Sequence record: NC_024794.1
Source: Escherichia phage vB_EcoM_PhAPEC2
Length of the DNA stretch: 64,000 nucleotides
Direction: 5' to 3' (one strand)
This document shows positions 60,583 through 64,000 of this stretch, piece after piece (position 1 is the first letter of the stretch; each line of letters opens with the position of its first letter). The position numbers were made by a program, and so were the translations under genes. The notes below the pieces were generated by a model. The model worked only from the letters and a program-made list of their open reading frames with translations, was not told the origin of the DNA and did no database searches.

Positions 60583-60926
60583 ATTTTCACCATATTAATG
60601 AACGAATAACCATTATAACATCTGAAATGAAAAGCACTACTTGGATTAGTCCAAACATCACACCGTAGTACAGAACCGTAAGCAATAACAAGAGCCCGAA
60701 GGCTCCTGCTAAGATTTTCTTAATCATTACTCGCCTTTTAATACGTTAAGAAGAGCTAAGACCGCTAAGGTACCTTGTGATACAGCCTGTTGAAATACTG
60801 ATGTTTCGCCTGTAACTAAAGTGCTAACGAATAAAAACGTCCAACACAGCAATGCAATAATCCATGCTACCATTTTAATTACCTCAAAAAATAAATTAAA
60901 GGCCCAACTTAATAGGCCCGTATAAA

Positions 60927-61373
60927 TTAGTAACTCTGCAGAATGAATTTGAAATTATCTGCCAGAAGACGGTTCATTTCAGTGAGTGTTTGATATTCTG
61001 ATGTATGGTTGCGAGTGAATGCCAGAGCCAATTGTCCTTTACCGTAACCAGTAGTCAGTGGTTTCATGTTCTTAGCTGCAACAAAGATTACATCATATTC
61101 AATATTGTTAGTGCCCATAGTACGAGCCAGTTGCGAACGACCTTGACGAATGTGAGAAAGAATTGCATCTAACCCTTGTTTAGAACGTTGACGTCCTACA
61201 AAGAATCGTGCTGCTACTTGTCGCCAATCAGATGAACCTTTAACAAAGAAGTAAAAACCTTCACGAGAACGAAACTCTTTAGAAACTTCGGAACCGTATT
61301 CGCCATTACGAACTACTGCAACAACTTCACCGCCAACTGCCAGAAGGTCTTTACGAGTTAAATATTTAGACAT
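60927..61373 (-). CDS. ndd: Nucleoid disruption protein Ndd
   Basis: 148 aa; C-terminal region [34 protein letters not shown] matches T4 Ndd as recalled. Confidence 0.85.
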   Translation of the reverse strand: MSKYLTRKDLLAVGGEVVAVVRNGEYGSEVSKEFRSREGFYFFVKGSSDWRQVAARFFVGRQRSKQGLDAILSHIRQGRSQLARTMGTNNIEYDVIFVAAKNMKPLTTGYGKGQLALAFTRNHTSEYQTLTEMNRLLADNFKFILQSY

Positions 61374-61417
61374 GCTAATTTCCTCAATTGATTAATGTTT
61401 TTGTAATCCATGAGAGC

Positions 61418-61446
61418 ATTATACTCTGCTCTCAAGAGTTTGTACA
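61418..61446 (-). promoter_or_regulatory. Early promoter upstream of ndd, with stem-loop overlapping -10 (PeSL-like)
   Basis: Minus strand TGTACA / 17 nt / TATAAT; -10 embedded in inverted repeat GAGAGCA/TGCTCTC; about 40 bp near-identical to the element at 33020-33060. Confidence 0.6.
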
Positions 61447-61449
61447 ATT

Positions 61450-61650
61450 TTATTCGGCTATATCAGAACGTTCAAAAAGCTCTTCAACGGTTAAACATTC
61501 GGTGTCATCCTCAATAAAGAATCGGGTCCAACACGTTGGGGCGATGCAGTTATGAGTTTGTCCGGCTATAGAAGCTACACGAATAAGCTGCTGGCCATTA
61601 TTCAGGACAAATTTTTCACCAATTTCAACATCTTTAAAAAGCTTAGCCAT
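61450..61650 (-). CDS. Hypothetical protein (66 aa)
   Basis: ORF with early-type promoter upstream. Confidence 0.45.
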   Translation of the reverse strand: MAKLFKDVEIGEKFVLNNGQQLIRVASIAGQTHNCIAPTCWTRFFIEDDTECLTVEELFERSDIAE

Positions 61651-61900
61651 TTTGTTTTCCTCTTGATTTGATGTGATTACTATACCATAATCCTATCGTG
61701 ATGTAAACAATTAAATTACATTAAAATATGTTAAAGCCAACCATGTTCCAGTGAACGAACATGCAATGTAAAAACCAGTATCACAAATTGTTCTTAGTAC
61801 AATAAGAAGTGCATTTTTCATAAGTACCTCAATGCAATTGAAAATATTATACAAATCATAGGGATACTAAGCAACCATATTCCAATCCACATTTTAGAGC

Positions 61901-62164
61901 TCATATCTCAACTTCCGCGAGTTCCATATATCCTTTGTTGATAACCTCTTTAAGGTCTTTAGAAAGAATGACATTAAAATGGTCGTTCATATGTCCATTA
62001 ACTAAACGAGTTATTTCGGCTTCAGATGACATATAAGGCACGTCTGAGTCCCAATGAGATAGACCTAAATGGGTATAAATCATCCCTTCGTCGTCTGCAG
62101 TGTTGTACATTGAAACAAATTCGCCTGTTACTTTATGTTTTGCGTAGAAAAATTTAAATTTCAT
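61901..62164 (-). CDS. Hypothetical protein (87 aa)
   Basis: ORF between denB and ndd. Confidence 0.45.
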   Translation of the reverse strand: MKFKFFYAKHKVTGEFVSMYNTADDEGMIYTHLGLSHWDSDVPYMSSEAEITRLVNGHMNDHFNVILSKDLKEVINKGYMELAEVEI

Positions 62165-62232
62165 GATGTTATCCTCTTTTAGATAGGACTACTATATCAT
62201 AGTCCTACTTAGTTGTAAACACTTTTATGAAA

Positions 62233-62790
62233 TTAAAGATGAAGATACCACCCGTTGTAGTTGCTCTTGCGGACGATTTTCTTTAGGTCTTCATGGTCTC
62301 CCACGAACTTTATAGAATAGGAGAAGACGTCAGGTGAGGTTTCTTTGACATCTAATATAATAATGCAATCTGCGACTCGATGGTTCAAGAAGGGCCCTAT
62401 ATTGATTCCATTACCACCAGGATAATCACCACTGTATCCTGTGGTAACCGAAATCCATTTAGAATCTATCTGGTGCGTCTTGACTTCTACACGAATTCCA
62501 CAATACTTGGGATGAGCTAACACGTCCCATGCATACGTGTACGGGTCTTCGACGTCTTCAATACCTTTATTAACATATCCGTCTAGCCAATTTGCTACTA
62601 CATACTCTGCAAAGACTGCAACCTTACAACGTCGAACAACGTCTTCTTTTATTTGACCTGGATCTTGTTTCAACGAGTACCGAGCAGTATCAGCGATCTT
62701 AACCTTCATTTCGCTAGTCAAAAACTCATTCGACAGGATAAATGTCGGAAGACTCTTCAGCCTCAACAGCCCCAAGTTCGTCTTTACCAT
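62233..62790 (-). CDS. denB: Putative endonuclease IV (DenB); start uncertain
   Basis: Start at internal Met with GAGG SD gives 185 aa (the T4 EndoIV length); position between ndd and rIIB. An alternative start at 62709 would remove the overlap with the upstream ORF. Confidence 0.55.
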   Translation of the reverse strand: MVKTNLGLLRLKSLPTFILSNEFLTSEMKVKIADTARYSLKQDPGQIKEDVVRRCKVAVFAEYVVANWLDGYVNKGIEDVEDPYTYAWDVLAHPKYCGIRVEVKTHQIDSKWISVTTGYSGDYPGGNGINIGPFLNHRVADCIIILDVKETSPDVFSYSIKFVGDHEDLKKIVRKSNYNGWYLHL

Positions 62791-63013
62791 AGATACCTCT
62801 GATGTGTAGTTCACCAAAATAAATGCGGTCACCTTCTTCAAGATATTCTGCATCTACAGGCGGAATTTCAATAACAACTTCGTCGCATTCTAACCAGCCG
62901 TAGTGTGCATCGCCAGGATGTTTTACCAATTTAGCACAATAAACTGATTTACACTTATGATGACCACGAAGATTAGCAATTTTGGATTCTGATACGTCAA
63001 ATGGATGAATCAT
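62726..63013 (-). CDS. Hypothetical protein (95 aa), denB.1-like
   Basis: Start placed at MIHPFD; the longer frame in the ORF track would run through the rIIB terminator hairpin. Confidence 0.4.
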   Translation of the reverse strand: MIHPFDVSESKIANLRGHHKCKSVYCAKLVKHPGDAHYGWLECDEVVIEIPPVDAEYLEEGDRIYFGELHIRGIYGKDELGAVEAEESSDIYPVE

Positions 63014-63020
63014 AATTACC

Positions 63021-63050
63021 CCTAAAGAAAAAAAGGGGACCGAAGTCCCC
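63021..63050 (-). terminator. Terminator downstream of rIIB
   Basis: GGGGAC-CGAA-GTCCCC (UUCG on minus) followed by U7. Confidence 0.7.
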
Positions 63051-63055
63051 ATTTA

Positions 63056-63991
63056 TTATTCTGCAAATAATTCAGTAACGTCTGAAATTACTTCATAACG
63101 ACAAGTACGCATCTTAGCATCGCCATAGTCAACTGGGATAGATACAACATCACGTGGATGAACTTTAACCTTAACAACTTTATCTGAGCTAGAACCAAAG
63201 TAACGAATATACGATTTAGCGCAAACATGTAGACCACTGGAGCAGGTTTGAGTATCATCATCGTTAACACGAGTCCGAGGCATTGAAACAACTTTACCTG
63301 GTGAGTTATCAAATGTACCACTATAACAGTCTAAATAGTCCTTACGAACTACTTTCCATGCATAGAAATACCCATCTTCAGTGATTTCAATATCATTTGC
63401 AACCAAGAAGTCGAATAAACGTTGTACAGCTTTTTCGCTTGGGTTTTCTAACAGGTTTTCAAGGAACGGCAGATAGAATTTAAAGTCTTCGCCTTTTTCC
63501 ATGGAATCAATAATACGATTAACCAGTCCTGAACGAATCTCTATACCTTGATAAAATAAACTACCACCTTCAATAGTAACATTACCATCAACAAACTTAG
63601 TAATAGCTTTCTTGATGTTAATAAGTTCGACAGCTTTACTAAGGTTTCCTGCGACCAGATTAGCTTTAATTTCTTCAAAATTTGCATGACTTGATGGAGT
63701 CGCATTGTATGCTACGCGTCCTTCAATAATTGAAATAAATTTAGATGACGCGTTCCATACGATTTCAGGACGATGTCCGCCGATAATAGGTTCATTATTT
63801 TCTGGGACCTGTTCTTCGTCTTCAAATTCAGCTGCTTTCTCTTCAGCTTTAAAATTCTTAACAATCTTACGAAGAGTATCTGTTGAAATGTCAAAGTAAT
63901 CGGCAATTTCTTTACGAGTCCATTTGCCTGATTTAACCAGGCCGTAAGCTTCTAACTGTTCTTCTTGGGACAAGCATTTGATATTGTACAT
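63056..63991 (-). CDS. rIIB: rIIB protein
   Basis: 311 aa (T4 rIIB 312 aa); N-terminus MYNIKCLSQEEQLEAYGLVKSGKWTRKEIADYF matches as recalled; complete within window. Confidence 0.85.
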   Translation of the reverse strand: MYNIKCLSQEEQLEAYGLVKSGKWTRKEIADYFDISTDTLRKIVKNFKAEEKAAEFEDEEQVPENNEPIIGGHRPEIVWNASSKFISIIEGRVAYNATPSSHANFEEIKANLVAGNLSKAVELINIKKAITKFVDGNVTIEGGSLFYQGIEIRSGLVNRIIDSMEKGEDFKFYLPFLENLLENPSEKAVQRLFDFLVANDIEITEDGYFYAWKVVRKDYLDCYSGTFDNSPGKVVSMPRTRVNDDDTQTCSSGLHVCAKSYIRYFGSSSDKVVKVKVHPRDVVSIPVDYGDAKMRTCRYEVISDVTELFAE

Positions 63992-64000
63992 AATGTTTCC

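Noticed and set aside
60685-60705. Hairpin-like GAGCCCGAAGGCTC inside the small membrane-peptide frame
   Set aside because: Lies inside a probable coding frame and lacks a U-tract, so not called as a terminator; it resembles the 22705 hairpin and may just be a shared sequence fragment.

Overview
This window is a contiguous segment of a T4-like (T-even, Tequatrovirus-type) myovirus genome, running from the 3-prime part of portal gene 20 to rIIB. Gene order and protein sequences closely match T4 as I recall it; no database search was run, so all homology calls are from memory and motif inspection. Plus-strand late modules: head morphogenesis (20, 67, 68, 21, 22, 23, 24), uvsW, baseplate hub (51, 27, 28, 29, 48, 54), long tail fibre (34, 35, 36, 37, 38) and holin t. 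Minus-strand early/middle modules: rnlB, hoc, inh, uvsY, 25, 26, alt, DNA ligase 30, rIII, 31, cd, pseT, spanins, alc, rnlA, denA, nrdB, nrdA, td, frd, 32, 59, 33, dsbA, rnh, asiA, motA, 52, ndd, denB, rIIB. All three T4 promoter classes are visible (early sigma70-like, MotA-box middle, TATAAATA late), along with many GC-stem tetraloop hairpins at gene ends. No tRNA genes, CRISPR arrays, group I introns or homing endonuclease genes were seen; td and nrdB are uninterrupted. I did not find a clear-cut novel multi-gene system. The most unusual content is a complete class I DAHP synthase gene between cd and pseT, a YbiA/NADAR-like ORF next to a HAD-like ORF downstream of ligase, an opposite-strand early ORF between genes 23 and 24, duplicated promoter/RBS cassettes, and a T2-type fibre tip (gp37 C-terminal chaperone-like domain plus glycine-rich gp38). 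Small-ORF starts and all functional inferences for hypothetical proteins are uncertain.
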